The position numbers and the translations under genes were made by a program. 64,000 nt of DNA from an uncultured Ruficoccus sp. (GTDB lineage: Bacteria; Verrucomicrobiota; Verrucomicrobiia; Opitutales; Cerasicoccaceae), in contig OZ223519.1 of the NCBI GenBank assembly GCA_965140785.1, positions 32,001 to 96,000 of the forward strand. The letters run 5' to 3'. Positions 30,024-40,556 of this stretch are shown here, piece by piece. Each line of letters starts with the position of its first letter. Position 1 is the stretch's first letter. The notes beneath the pieces were generated by a model. The model searched no databases, was not told where the DNA came from, and worked only from the letters and a program-made list of their open reading frames with translations.

Positions 30024-31412
30024 TTAATGCGATTTCTTGTAGGGCCAGGCTGAAGGCTGGTTTAGTGCATCCCACGCCTTCCATGCTGCCGTCATGGCTT
30101 CGACACGCTGCGGATCTTCCTTTGCCAGATTCTTCTTCTGGAGCGGGTCCTTTTCTATGTTATAGAGCTCTGCGCGCCCATCTGGACCATCGAAGCCCAG
30201 AAGCATCCAGTCGCCTCGTCGAATACCCCACAATTTGCTCCAGGCGTAGAGCTTGTAGCATAAGGTGTCGTGCGGAGCAGACGTATCCTGCCCGGTGATG
30301 TAAGGCATGAGGTTCACACCTTCGAGTTTGGGCTGGGCGTCCGCTTGTGGCCCTGCCAGCGCCACTGCTGTGGCAGCAATATCCAGTGAGCTGACCGGAT
30401 ACGGGTAAACTTCACCAGCGGGGATCGTGCCAGGCCATTGAGCGACAAACGGCACGCGAATACCACCTTCGTAGAAGTTGCCTTTGACTCCGCGATAGGG
30501 CGCATTGGAGCCACCGCCGTGTTTGGGGGCGGCTCCGTTGTCGCTCAGGAAAAACACCAGCGTGTTTTCGGAGATACCCTCCTCGTTGAGCGTATCCAGT
30601 ATTTGCCCAATGCCGTCGTCCATGGCGATCACCATGGCCGCATAGGTCCTGCGGTCGGGTTCCTCAATACCCTCTACGCGATCAAGATACTTTTGGGTCG
30701 CCTGAAGGGGGACATGCGGGGCTGTGTATGGCAGGAAGAGGAAGAAGGGGCCACTCGCATTGCGTTTAATAAATGACACGGCTTCGCGACTGAAGGCGTC
30801 AGTCAGGTAATCGGCTTCCTCGACGATGCAATCTTCGTTTCGGTAAATATCGCTCACACGGTCCACCTTCAGGTATTCGGTGGCCCAGCGGTAAGGCGGC
30901 TTATAGTCGCTGGATCCATTACCGATGCCGTAAAAGAAGTCGAAGCCCCGCTGAAGGGGAAGATACCCATCGCCGGTTCCGAGGTGCCATTTTCCAACAA
31001 TCCCGGTGGTGTAGCCGGCCTGGCCTAAGCGGGTCGCAAGGGTCGTTTCTTCGAGGGAAAGTCCCAGGTGGTCGGCATCGCGGACAGGAAAGTTGAACTC
31101 GAACCCGCTACGCTGCTGGTAGCGTCCGCTGATCAGTCCTGCGCGGCTTGGGGCACACTGCGGCGCGGTGACGTAGCCTTGTTCAAAGAGAACGCCGTTT
31201 GCGGCCAGGCGGTCGAGGTTTGGCGTTTCAATATCCTCTGAGCCGTAAGCGCTCATATCACCAATGCCAAGGTCGTCGGCGAAGATCACGATGACGTTTG
31301 GCTTGGGGGCTGGCTCGGCGCTCAGAGTCGGCACTATGCATGAGGATAGTGCGGCGAACATACTGGCGACGCAAAAGGCTAGGGCGCGGGGAGATTTAAA
31401 CGGTGCAATCAT
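30024..31412 (-). CDS. Secreted S1 sulfatase (arylsulfatase A-like)
   Basis: Signal peptide; PNVIVIFADDLG, CAPSRAG, GKWHLG, APHVP, FLSDNG. Confidence 0.93.
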   Translation of the reverse strand: MIAPFKSPRALAFCVASMFAALSSCIVPTLSAEPAPKPNVIVIFADDLGIGDMSAYGSEDIETPNLDRLAANGVLFEQGYVTAPQCAPSRAGLISGRYQQRSGFEFNFPVRDADHLGLSLEETTLATRLGQAGYTTGIVGKWHLGTGDGYLPLQRGFDFFYGIGNGSSDYKPPYRWATEYLKVDRVSDIYRNEDCIVEEADYLTDAFSREAVSFIKRNASGPFFLFLPYTAPHVPLQATQKYLDRVEGIEEPDRRTYAAMVIAMDDGIGQILDTLNEEGISENTLVFFLSDNGAAPKHGGGSNAPYRGVKGNFYEGGIRVPFVAQWPGTIPAGEVYPYPVSSLDIAATAVALAGPQADAQPKLEGVNLMPYITGQDTSAPHDTLCYKLYAWSKLWGIRRGDWMLLGFDGPDGRAELYNIEKDPLQKKNLAKEDPQRVEAMTAAWKAWDALNQPSAWPYKKSH

Positions 31413-31635
31413 GGGAACAAGAATGGATGTTTATGGGGGTGAGTATATGTCATTTGCATGCGCTCATGCCATCCGCTCCGTGCCATAATCGGTGTATGAA
31501 ATGACATTAGGGGCAAGCGCATTACCAAGCGATGCGATTACCGACAGTAGAATGACACGCTGTGCCAATCGCATTACTTTGGTCTGAGAACAAATTGCAG
31601 CTAGCTTCTCGAACACCGAGTCGCAATGGGCCGCA

Positions 31636-32817
31636 TCAAAGCGGGAGTGGTTGTTTACTCTGGCAAAATACGTCGCGAATCGCCTCCAGGTACCCCATGC
31701 CGTGCCTGGTGTCTGGCTCCAGGTAGCTCCCTTCTGTCCATTCGTTCCATGCATTTATGGTCATGAACGGATGAGGCGGATTATAGGATTCCAGCTTCTC
31801 GCGTATTTTTGCGGCCGAGGTTCGAAAGGCTTCCGGTGTGTTGCCCCCGATAATTGGCGTAAAGGGGTAGCCCCGTTGTAGATAGCGATCGGATTGTACC
31901 GTGCGTGGGCTCGGATCCCAGCCCATGCTGAGGTTTGGATAATAGGGTAGTTTAGATTCGCTCTGCGCCTTTTCCCAATATTCCATGTATTGCTGCTCAA
32001 TGCTCTGGAAATCGGTGAGGGGAAACTGGTTCAGGGTGGCGTGGTGAATCCAAGTGTAGGAGCTAACACTATCGAAGCCAAGCTCTTGAACAAGGGTATA
32101 AGGGTCTGCTGCGGTCTGCTCACCGGGAAGAATCGGGTTATTCCAGACGATGGCGTTCAAATGCAAATCCGGGAATCCGGCTGCGCGGACCGCGTCACGA
32201 AAGCGTTGGAGGCAGCGGCGCGTGTTTTCCTTAGACCCGAAACTGGCCATCAGCTTGGTCAGCTCATAGACGGAGAAGTAGGGGCGTCCATCACGGCACC
32301 AGTACGAGGGGTGGCGAAAGTAGACATTGACGCACTGCTCGATAATGCGGTCGAAGGTCTGCTCCGTAACCGTGCCAGGATAGAGCAACTGAGCAGACTC
32401 TTCAGGGCTTTTAATGGACGTCTTGGCCGGGTGAATATCGATCCAGCTATGATTGGCCCACATAAGGGCAAAACGCATACGGTCATTGTTTGGCGCTTTC
32501 ATGAATCCGTCTTCGAGCGCTCGCTGAAGGAAGGGGCCATCGTCGTAGTAGTACCAATCGAAAATAAAGGCGTCGATGCCGTGATCGGCTGCGGCGTCTA
32601 TGCGCAGGGCCATGCGCTCGGGATCGGACTCGTCGTCGTAACCCCAGGCTGGCACTTTGGGTTGTTCATGCCCGGGAAACCTGACCTCCGCGCGCTTCAT
32701 CAGATCCCACTCATTCCATCCTGCTCCGTGGAGTTCCTCGTTACGGCTGTCGGCGTGGTAATTGGGGAAATAGTAGGCTGCAACTTCGATGGCCTGACCT
32801 TGTGAGTTAGTTGACAT
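31636..32817 (-). CDS. WbsX-family / GH99-like TIM-barrel protein
   Basis: AAYYFPNYH, HGIDAFIFDWYY, FALMWANHSW, GWDPSPR, INAWNEWTEGSYLEPD; no signal peptide. Confidence 0.82.
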   Translation of the reverse strand: MSTNSQGQAIEVAAYYFPNYHADSRNEELHGAGWNEWDLMKRAEVRFPGHEQPKVPAWGYDDESDPERMALRIDAAADHGIDAFIFDWYYYDDGPFLQRALEDGFMKAPNNDRMRFALMWANHSWIDIHPAKTSIKSPEESAQLLYPGTVTEQTFDRIIEQCVNVYFRHPSYWCRDGRPYFSVYELTKLMASFGSKENTRRCLQRFRDAVRAAGFPDLHLNAIVWNNPILPGEQTAADPYTLVQELGFDSVSSYTWIHHATLNQFPLTDFQSIEQQYMEYWEKAQSESKLPYYPNLSMGWDPSPRTVQSDRYLQRGYPFTPIIGGNTPEAFRTSAAKIREKLESYNPPHPFMTINAWNEWTEGSYLEPDTRHGMGYLEAIRDVFCQSKQPLPL

Positions 32818-32989
32818 ATGCTGACCGAGGGTAGCAGACCCGATTTTTAGCAGCCTTGATTTCGGTGACAATACACCGTCTCAAGATGCCATGCTTTCAT
32901 GGCAAGGCTGTCGGAGCTCCCTACGATGTCAGCTCGCCGAGGCAGTTGGCTCGGCAGGGATGCGCATTTCGTGCCTACCCCGTGTTGCT

Positions 32990-35900
32990 TTATTCCGGGT
33001 GGTCGCCCGTGGAGACAGGTTGCTGGTAGAGAAGATGATAGACGCCGCTGCTCAGTGTGACTCTCGACTTTCCTAGCGTATCTGGCGTTTGCTTGGGAAA
33101 CTGGATATCGCTGCGCACAGGGCCTCCCATACTTACTCCTGCGGCATTAGGTAAGGGGAGTCCGCCTTCGGTCCAATCAGAAGCCTGTCCCACAGGGAGA
33201 GAAACAACCGTTTCAGAGTTTGGGGGGACTGTTATCGCCCATTCGATCCGATCGTCTTCCCGGCTATAGCGACTTGCAATCAGACCGCGTGGGGAGTTGT
33301 AGGCAAAGTCGTAGTCGGGGCTGCTGGCAGAGACCACCGGATCGAGATAAAAGCGCTGGAAGCCCGGGTGTTCCATGTCTGGTTGGATGCCGACGAGTTC
33401 ATTGTAAAACCAGTTCCCTACGCCGGCGACACCTTCGGCCTGGATGAAGCTGTTGTCCGCAGGAAATCCGGGAAATCCCCAGCCCTCGGCTACGCTCCAG
33501 CCGGTAACCGTGAGCATCCCTCCGATGCTGGGGTAGGTGTCGCGGTGTAGCAGACGGAGTGCCTCTTCATGGTACCCGAAACGACTCAACAGCTGGAGGT
33601 ACCAGTACGGCGATTTTACACTGACGACTTGATGCCCAAGGGTTTGTTCGTGCATGTTTATAACGATGTCGTCGACGAGCGCTTGGCTTACATCTTCATC
33701 AACCAGACCAGACTTGATCGTGAAAATATCCGTCTCCTGAGTGATTTCGCGCGGTCGGTCAAAGCGCTCGCTCTCGAAGTCGTAAAAGCGATCAAAGGCT
33801 TCGTCTTTGTAGTCCTCCACCATATGTTCATAGTCTTCCCAGACTTCGTCGTACCCGATGAGTCGGCATAGGGTTTGAAATTCGTCTGCTTGGTAGAGCA
33901 AGTTCCCGACACGCCCGAAGGCCTCACTTGAAGGTTGTTTGTTGTCACCCCAGGGCGGGCCCCACGGGCCGCCTGGCACATCCCGCGCACTGGTCCAGTC
34001 TAAATGTGTTGAGGTGCCGCGCGGAAAGAGTTCCCCCCAGCGTATGTCTACGTCTGTGCGAAAGAAGTAATCGAAGTATAGTTGCGCCACCTCCATGTTC
34101 TCCTCGGCGATTTGGCTATCTCCGTAGTAAATGTATTGGCGCAGCGGAACGCCGACATGGTGTGCGTTATTGTTCACCTTGAGAAAACCCCGGCTGATTC
34201 GCTCCTGCAGATCGACTATACCTCTTCGGGTCAACGTAACCGGGTTGGGCATGCCTGTTTCTAATGCGAGTATCCGGTTGTCCTCAATGCTCTTCTCCAA
34301 CTGGCGGGCATGGTTAGCAGTGTATTGAGCAACATCGTAAAAACACAGTGGAGTAATCGCGTTGCCGCCGAGTTTCTCCGCCCCGGGATTGTCCTGATAG
34401 AGCCCGAGCATGTTCATAATAATCGAGTTCACACATGCATCGTGGATTCGCTGGAGAAAGGGGTCTTCGATCATGAGTTCCCCCACGGGCTCCAGTGAAG
34501 AGTAGATGCCCACGGCCTCAACATCGTCCAGGGAAGGACCATCGGGTAGTGTAGATATCTCGATGTATCGAAAGCCGTTGTAGCAGAAACTGGCCATGTA
34601 GGTGCAAGGCTCGCCGTTCGATTTGAACGCATCCGCTGCGCCGATGACGAGGCGTTCGGCTTCTTGTCCGTTTGCCAGTTCCAGTTCTTCAAAAAGCGCC
34701 GCGGTTCCTCGGTGCCGGGCAAGGGGTAGCTTCTGGCAGTTGCTGAAGAGAACTTCCGTATCGTAATCTTGAAACAGAATACCCCCTGCTTCGGGGTTTT
34801 CGCAGAGTGTATCGGCATAGCGGATACGTACTTGTGTGCCCGCGGGAAGGTCAAATCTCACACTCGCTCGCCCTGTGACCATCTTCCCAAAGTCATACAC
34901 CCAAACGCCGGGTATCGGGTTGTAGCGAGCCACTGGCTTGAGTACGAAGTTTGCTTGAATAGGTTCAGCCTGGTCGGCTTGCAAAAGAGGGGGAGGGGAA
35001 TTTACAGGCTGTGCCGTTTCCCAGTCCTGCTCGAAGTCAACGGTGTCCCAGCCGGTTGGCTCCTTGGTCGCGTCAAATGCTTCGCCGATCCAGAATGACG
35101 TCCGGCGGTAGCCACCGCTGCCAACCTCCCAGTCCAAGTCGGTTGTTACCACTTCGACCGATCCGTCCGGCATTTCCGCTTCCAGGCGCACAATGAGGAT
35201 CGGCGTCTGCCCATAGCAAATTGCCGGCCACATCAGGCCTCCGGGAGCTTCATAGTAGCGGCCAGGCGCGACGATGACACCGATGCAGTTTTCCCCGTCG
35301 GTGAGGTCGGCCGTGACGTCGTAGGTATTATACAAGGCGCGAAGGTCGTAGTGGACAAAGTTTGGTCCCAGTTGCGTTTCGCCAATGAGCACGCCATTGA
35401 GGAAGGCGATATTGAAGCCGAGCCCGCTGATATACAACCGCGCCCGCGTCGGCTTTTGAGAAAGGTTAAATGTTTTCCGGAAGTAGACCGGAGCTTTAAC
35501 CTGCTGAAATTTGCTGCCGGCTTTTTCCCAGGCCCTGTCGGGATCGGCATAGCTTCCGAAGGCGGGAGGGGGCGCATCTGGAGAAGGTTTCCCGCGTGGG
35601 TACTCCAGGGCGAGTAGCGCGGAGTCTTCCCAGAAGGTGATGAAATCGTCTGCTTCGGGCAATACATTGGATGTGATCCATTCGGCCTTTTGGCCTTGCT
35701 GCCAGTCGTCCTGATGGAGCAGTCCGGTTTCGAAATACGAGGCGGATGACCAATCTGAGGCGACCCCATCCTGATCCCAGATACGGACTCTCCAGAAGTA
35801 CTCGGTGCGCGACTTTAGGTCTGCCTGCAGGGGGATCAATAGCTGGTTGCTCGATACGACTTTTCCGGAGTCCCAGATGTTCTGGTGTACGCCATTGTAC

Positions 35901-36250
35901 AACGTATAAACCTGAATCTGGTAGGCGCTTTGAGAGACTCCACGTTTTATCTCACCATTCCCTGCTTGCACAAACGGAAGCTTCCAGGACAAACGCAGGT
36001 AATCCCGTCCGGCAAGGTCGATGCCGAGTGGGTTTTTCTGGTGATTCACGCGCAGGCCGAACGGTGTGGGAGAAGGTGCCGACTGGCGAAGCTTCTCAGC
36101 ATCGAAGCGCTGTCGGTAGGGAGCACGTGTGTCGCTTGGAGAAACCACCGGTAATTCTGGAAGGGGTGTGATGGCCGGGGGCGTTCCCTGTAGCGCGAGG
36201 ACGGTGAGTAGATAGAAAAGGTAGGGGGAGGAGGTGGGGAGGGGGCGCAT
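32990..36250 (-). CDS. GH78 alpha-L-rhamnosidase-like protein, divergent active site
   Basis: Signal peptide; NPLGID, WDSGKV, YFWRVRIWD...FETGL, YFRKTF, ARLYISGLG, YDFG.MVTG, GFRYIE, PGFQRFYLDP, ITVPPN. Confidence 0.8.
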   Translation of the reverse strand: MRPLPTSSPYLFYLLTVLALQGTPPAITPLPELPVVSPSDTRAPYRQRFDAEKLRQSAPSPTPFGLRVNHQKNPLGIDLAGRDYLRLSWKLPFVQAGNGEIKRGVSQSAYQIQVYTLYNGVHQNIWDSGKVVSSNQLLIPLQADLKSRTEYFWRVRIWDQDGVASDWSSASYFETGLLHQDDWQQGQKAEWITSNVLPEADDFITFWEDSALLALEYPRGKPSPDAPPPAFGSYADPDRAWEKAGSKFQQVKAPVYFRKTFNLSQKPTRARLYISGLGFNIAFLNGVLIGETQLGPNFVHYDLRALYNTYDVTADLTDGENCIGVIVAPGRYYEAPGGLMWPAICYGQTPILIVRLEAEMPDGSVEVVTTDLDWEVGSGGYRRTSFWIGEAFDATKEPTGWDTVDFEQDWETAQPVNSPPPLLQADQAEPIQANFVLKPVARYNPIPGVWVYDFGKMVTGRASVRFDLPAGTQVRIRYADTLCENPEAGGILFQDYDTEVLFSNCQKLPLARHRGTAALFEELELANGQEAERLVIGAADAFKSNGEPCTYMASFCYNGFRYIEISTLPDGPSLDDVEAVGIYSSLEPVGELMIEDPFLQRIHDACVNSIIMNMLGLYQDNPGAEKLGGNAITPLCFYDVAQYTANHARQLEKSIEDNRILALETGMPNPVTLTRRGIVDLQERISRGFLKVNNNAHHVGVPLRQYIYYGDSQIAEENMEVAQLYFDYFFRTDVDIRWGELFPRGTSTHLDWTSARDVPGGPWGPPWGDNKQPSSEAFGRVGNLLYQADEFQTLCRLIGYDEVWEDYEHMVEDYKDEAFDRFYDFESERFDRPREITQETDIFTIKSGLVDEDVSQALVDDIVINMHEQTLGHQVVSVKSPYWYLQLLSRFGYHEEALRLLHRDTYPSIGGMLTVTGWSVAEGWGFPGFPADNSFIQAEGVAGVGNWFYNELVGIQPDMEHPGFQRFYLDPVVSASSPDYDFAYNSPRGLIASRYSREDDRIEWAITVPPNSETVVSLPVGQASDWTEGGLPLPNAAGVSMGGPVRSDIQFPKQTPDTLGKSRVTLSSGVYHLLYQQPVSTGDHPE

Positions 36251-36549
36251 TGTCGACTTATGTGGAGCGATTAAATGGTCATACGATGAGCGAGAAAACT
36301 CAATGATTAGATTACAGTATAGGCCTCGGTGAAGGTTTGCACCTTACTGCGCGCGTCATGCTTCCGCACTGCGGGGACATATTTGCGCGCCAAAGGGTAT
36401 CGGTAAGCTCAACCGACTTAGAATGACATTCGGATGCGAGGTATTGTCACTGCGATGATGGTTGAGAGCGAAGCGATCTGGTAGCCTGAGTCTTTCAATT
36501 GGCAGCCTGTGTATACCATCATCCTTGTACCTTTTTCCCAATCCCCTTT

Positions 36550-37590
36550 GTGAAACATCTGTCCATGCTGCTGCTTATTCCAAGCCTGCTATTCTTGGTT
36601 TTATCAGGTTGTGGAGATCAGGGCGATGTACGAGTGCTCAGGCTGGGGCATACTCTCGACGCCAAGCACTCGGTCCACGTGGCGATCGAGTACATGGCGC
36701 AGCGGCTGGAAGAGATATCTGGCGGCAGGATGCGTGTGGAGATTTACCCCGGGGGCGTCCTTGGCTCCGAGCGTGAAAGCCTCGAACTGCTACAACTCGG
36801 GACGCTCGATATCACCAAAGTGTCGACGGCTGCGCTGGAGGGCTTTGTCGAGGAGTACCGTGTATTTGGTTTACCTTACATTTTCAGGGACAAGGAGCAT
36901 GCCTTTGCCGTGCTGGATGGTCCGATCGGTCAGGAATTACTCGGAAAAGGCGAGTCTTGCTGGCTGAAAGGCCTGTGCTTTTATGACTCCGGCGCGCGCA
37001 GCTTTTACTCTTCGATACCGATTGAATCGCCGAGTGATCTGGCGGGACTCAAGATTCGTGTCACCCAGAGCATCACGTCCTTTGACATGGTGCGGGCGAT
37101 GGGGGCTGCGCCTACTCCGATCTCATGGGGCGAACTTTACACTGCTTTGCAGGGCGGCGTTGTGGATGGGGCGGAGAATAATCCTCCGAGCTTTTACCTG
37201 TCTCACCACTACGAAGTCTGCCCATTTTACAGTCTTGATGAGCACACAAGGATTCCGGACATCCTTATTATCAGCACGCACACGATGGATGATTTAAGTG
37301 CCGAGGAAAAGGATTGGCTTATGCAGGCCGTGGGTGAGTCAGTCCAGGTACAGCGCGAAGAGTGGGAGCGCTCGGAGCAGGAAGCGCTGGAGTCGATTGT
37401 GCGCCGTGGTGTGACGGTTTCTACGCCCGAGAGAGAGGCTTTTGTCGAAGCGTCTAAGAGCGTCTACCAAAGCTACGAGAGCAACCCTGAGCTAGCTCGC
37501 CTAATCGGAGAAATTCAGGCGACGAGTCCTGAATCACCTGCGGAGAAACGCCCCTTGGAGGCCGAAATTTCTTCCTTTGATACCCCTTGA
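36550..37590 (+). CDS. dctP: TRAP transporter substrate-binding protein
   Basis: Lipobox-like LSGC; LKIRV, WGELYTALQGGVVDGAENN; start (GTG 36550) approximate. Confidence 0.92.
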   Translation: MKHLSMLLLIPSLLFLVLSGCGDQGDVRVLRLGHTLDAKHSVHVAIEYMAQRLEEISGGRMRVEIYPGGVLGSERESLELLQLGTLDITKVSTAALEGFVEEYRVFGLPYIFRDKEHAFAVLDGPIGQELLGKGESCWLKGLCFYDSGARSFYSSIPIESPSDLAGLKIRVTQSITSFDMVRAMGAAPTPISWGELYTALQGGVVDGAENNPPSFYLSHHYEVCPFYSLDEHTRIPDILIISTHTMDDLSAEEKDWLMQAVGESVQVQREEWERSEQEALESIVRRGVTVSTPEREAFVEASKSVYQSYESNPELARLIGEIQATSPESPAEKRPLEAEISSFDTP

Positions 37591-37594
37591 TCCC

Positions 37595-38071
37595 ATGCGT
37601 ATAAGACAGGCCATAGATCGTTTTCTGGAGGTGTTTCTCGTTGTGCTGATGTCTGCGTTGGTGCTCGATGTTGTCTGGCAAGTCGCGAGTCGCTACCTCC
37701 TAAGCAGTCCGAGTTTTTTCACAGACGAGTTGGCAGTATTCCTCTTGATCTGGGTGGGCCTGGCAGGAGCTGCCTATGCCAAAGGCAAGAACGAGCATCT
37801 ATGCATCGACATCCTGTCGGAAAAGCTATCGGCCAGTCCGCGAAAGTGGCTTCAGGTGTTTATCCAATGCGCGATCATCGTGTTCTGCCTGAGTGTGCTT
37901 GTGATCGGGGGCGTGTGGCTGGTGTACACGCGATTTAAGCTCGGGCAGGAGTCTTCTGCTCTCCAACTGCCTATCGGATATGTTTATCTCATCGTGCCCA
38001 TTAGCGGCCTGTTTATGATCTACTACAGTGCGGCTGACCTGCTCCTTCTCATCCGTAGTCAGCAAACCTAG
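37595..38071 (+). CDS. dctQ: TRAP transporter small permease
   Basis: Four TM segments, QVASRY...TDELA, HLCID; lies between dctP and dctM. Confidence 0.9.
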   Translation: MRIRQAIDRFLEVFLVVLMSALVLDVVWQVASRYLLSSPSFFTDELAVFLLIWVGLAGAAYAKGKNEHLCIDILSEKLSASPRKWLQVFIQCAIIVFCLSVLVIGGVWLVYTRFKLGQESSALQLPIGYVYLIVPISGLFMIYYSAADLLLLIRSQQT

Positions 38072-38073
38072 CC

Positions 38074-39387
38074 ATGTTTAGCCTCTCTCCAGATATTCTC
38101 GGGCTCGTTGTCCTGGTAACATCCTTCTGCCTATTTCTCGCGATTGGGACACCGGTGGCATTCAGCATTGGCCTTTCGACCCTGTCGGCAATGTTGGTAA
38201 ACTTTGACGCGCTGCCTGCCTTTTCCACCATGGCCCAGCGGATGGCCACAGGGCTGGAAAGCTTTTCGTTGTTGGCAATACCGTTCTTTATCCTGGCTGG
38301 GCAGTTGATGAACTTCGGTGGCATTGCGATGCGCCTGATCGAATTCGCGAAGGTGATTGTCGGTCGGCTTCCTGGTGGGCTGGCCATGGTCAACGTCACG
38401 GCAAATATGCTTTTTGGGGCAGTCTCGGGGTCGGCGGTGGCCTCGGCCTCGGCCATCGGTACGATTATGGCTCCTAGGATGGAGCGGGAAGGATATGACC
38501 GTGGCTTTTCGGCAGCCATTAATGTCACGTCCGCGACGACAGGCCTGGCAATTCCACCGAGTAATATTCTTATCGTTTACTCGCTGGCCAGTGGAGGTGT
38601 CTCAATTGGTGCACTTTTTCTGGCCGGTTATGTGCCGGGTATCCTGACTGGTGTTGCCATTATGCTGGTCGGTGCCCTCTACGCCCGACGCAAAGGCTAT
38701 CCTGTCGCGGATAAGGTAAGTTTAGCTGAATCGCGGCGTATCACACTGAGGGCGATACCCAGTCTGCTGATGCTGGTGGTAGTCATCGGGGGCATTATCG
38801 CCGGAGTTTTTACTGCGACTGAGGCGGCAGCGATTGCTGTGGTCTACAGCCTGATGCTGGCCCTGATTTACCGTGAGTTGAGTCCCAAGCATCTCCCACG
38901 GATTATCCTCAATGCCGTGAGGACGACGGGGGTAGTTATGCTCCTGATTGCCGTATCAATCTGCTTGTCTTGGGTCATGTCGCTGGAGCGAATTCCGGAG
39001 ATTACCAGTAGCGCGCTGCTGTCTCTGTCATCGGACCCTATCGTGATCCTCCTGATCATCAATCTGATCCTCTTGCTGGTTGGCGTTTTCATGGACATGA
39101 CGCCTGCCGTGCTCATATTCACTCCGATCTTCCTGCCCATCGTGACACAGCAGCTGGGGTTGAACCCGATTCACTTCGGTTTGATGATGATTCTGAATCT
39201 GAACGTAGGTCTGTGTACCCCACCCGTGGGATCTGTATTGTTTGTCGGATGTAGTGTTGCTGGCCTGAAAATACAGAGTCTTGTTAAGCCATTGATTCCC
39301 TTTTACTTAGCAATGGTTCTTGTGCTGGTGCTGGTGACATTTATCCCCGAGCTGACCTTGTTCTTACCGCGTTTTTTCCTCGGCTGA
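38074..39387 (+). CDS. dctM: TRAP transporter large permease
   Basis: LLAIPFFILAG, FGAVSGS, IPPS, FTATEA, GLCTPPVG. Confidence 0.93.
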   Translation: MFSLSPDILGLVVLVTSFCLFLAIGTPVAFSIGLSTLSAMLVNFDALPAFSTMAQRMATGLESFSLLAIPFFILAGQLMNFGGIAMRLIEFAKVIVGRLPGGLAMVNVTANMLFGAVSGSAVASASAIGTIMAPRMEREGYDRGFSAAINVTSATTGLAIPPSNILIVYSLASGGVSIGALFLAGYVPGILTGVAIMLVGALYARRKGYPVADKVSLAESRRITLRAIPSLLMLVVVIGGIIAGVFTATEAAAIAVVYSLMLALIYRELSPKHLPRIILNAVRTTGVVMLLIAVSICLSWVMSLERIPEITSSALLSLSSDPIVILLIINLILLLVGVFMDMTPAVLIFTPIFLPIVTQQLGLNPIHFGLMMILNLNVGLCTPPVGSVLFVGCSVAGLKIQSLVKPLIPFYLAMVLVLVLVTFIPELTLFLPRFFLG

Positions 39388-39553
39388 TAGGCGGTGTATG
39401 GGACGGGGCTTGTGTTCCGCGATGCATGGAGCGGTGTGCCGGAGTGACGCGACAGCACTTCAAGGCGGAAAAATGACCCTCTAAGCAAGGCCATCGAGAG
39501 AGCTTTCTAGTAAAATCCTCAGGCCACTAAAGATCTACAACCCAAATACGAAA

Positions 39554-40303
39554 ATGAAAAAATCTCTAATTCTTGGTTCCCTTCTCACGTTAAGTACCCT
39601 CACCCTGCACGGTGTGGATACCTATACCGATAACTTCGACTCGATAGGGGACGGTATTGCGATTCAAACCACCCCTGACTGGTCACTCTTACAGGGGAAT
39701 TCCTTTGTAGGTACCGGTGCCGGAACCGTAGAGTGCCCGGGTGGCCCGGATAACTACACACTGCTGAACAGCAGTGCGATTAGCTGGGGCGGTGAGGATT
39801 TTTCGTTTAACACCGTAATCGACACCAACGGCAACAGCTCTGGCCAAATATCGGGCGTGCTTTTTGGCTACTCGAGTCTCACTAACTTTTACCGGATTCA
39901 GATATCTACAGGCGCCGGTGCTCTGGCAGTGATTCAAAATATATCGGGAAGCTCGTCTACGCCGTACTATGCACCAGGCACGTTCAACAACAGCAGTGAG
40001 ACCCAGGTGGAGTTACTCTCTATCGAGGTAAATTACACTGCGAGCACAAATGAAGCTAGCGTTGTTTTTACGGCAGTTTCAGGAACACTGGCTGGAACGA
40101 CACTGGGCTCATATACGATTGGAGACGTCGGTCTCTTGTCAGGTCAATTTGGTCTGTATTCTCATTATGCTACTGCGCATGACATCAACAGCTTCGATGT
40201 AGCGCTTATCCCCGAGGTAAGCAGCAGTTCGGCCGCACTCGTGGGGATGTTTACCCTGATGCTGGTAGTTGTTGGTCGTCGTATGAAGCACAGCAAAAAA
40301 TAG
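39554..40303 (+). CDS. PEP-CTERM-like surface protein (IPEV variant)
   Basis: Signal peptide; C-terminal IPEVSSSSAALVGMFTLMLVVVGRRMKHSKK. Confidence 0.8.
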   Translation: MKKSLILGSLLTLSTLTLHGVDTYTDNFDSIGDGIAIQTTPDWSLLQGNSFVGTGAGTVECPGGPDNYTLLNSSAISWGGEDFSFNTVIDTNGNSSGQISGVLFGYSSLTNFYRIQISTGAGALAVIQNISGSSSTPYYAPGTFNNSSETQVELLSIEVNYTASTNEASVVFTAVSGTLAGTTLGSYTIGDVGLLSGQFGLYSHYATAHDINSFDVALIPEVSSSSAALVGMFTLMLVVVGRRMKHSKK

Positions 40304-40556
40304 GCGCTGGCTGTAGACGATACCGAGTTTACAGACTGTTTATATGAAGATTGCTACAGCGAAGCGGGCTGCTTGTCCGTGGAGCTGGTAGTGTTGAGTT
40401 ATTTGACAGGGAGGGGGCGACGTGGGCACTCTTCTCTGTTTCAATGTACGTTGTGTCCACCCACTTTACCATCGCTGTTCTACCTCCATTGGCTGTAGAT
40501 ACTGTATCCGTGTTGGCACATTCCCTTAGGCGCAACAGACCTCGTTATTCCAACCC

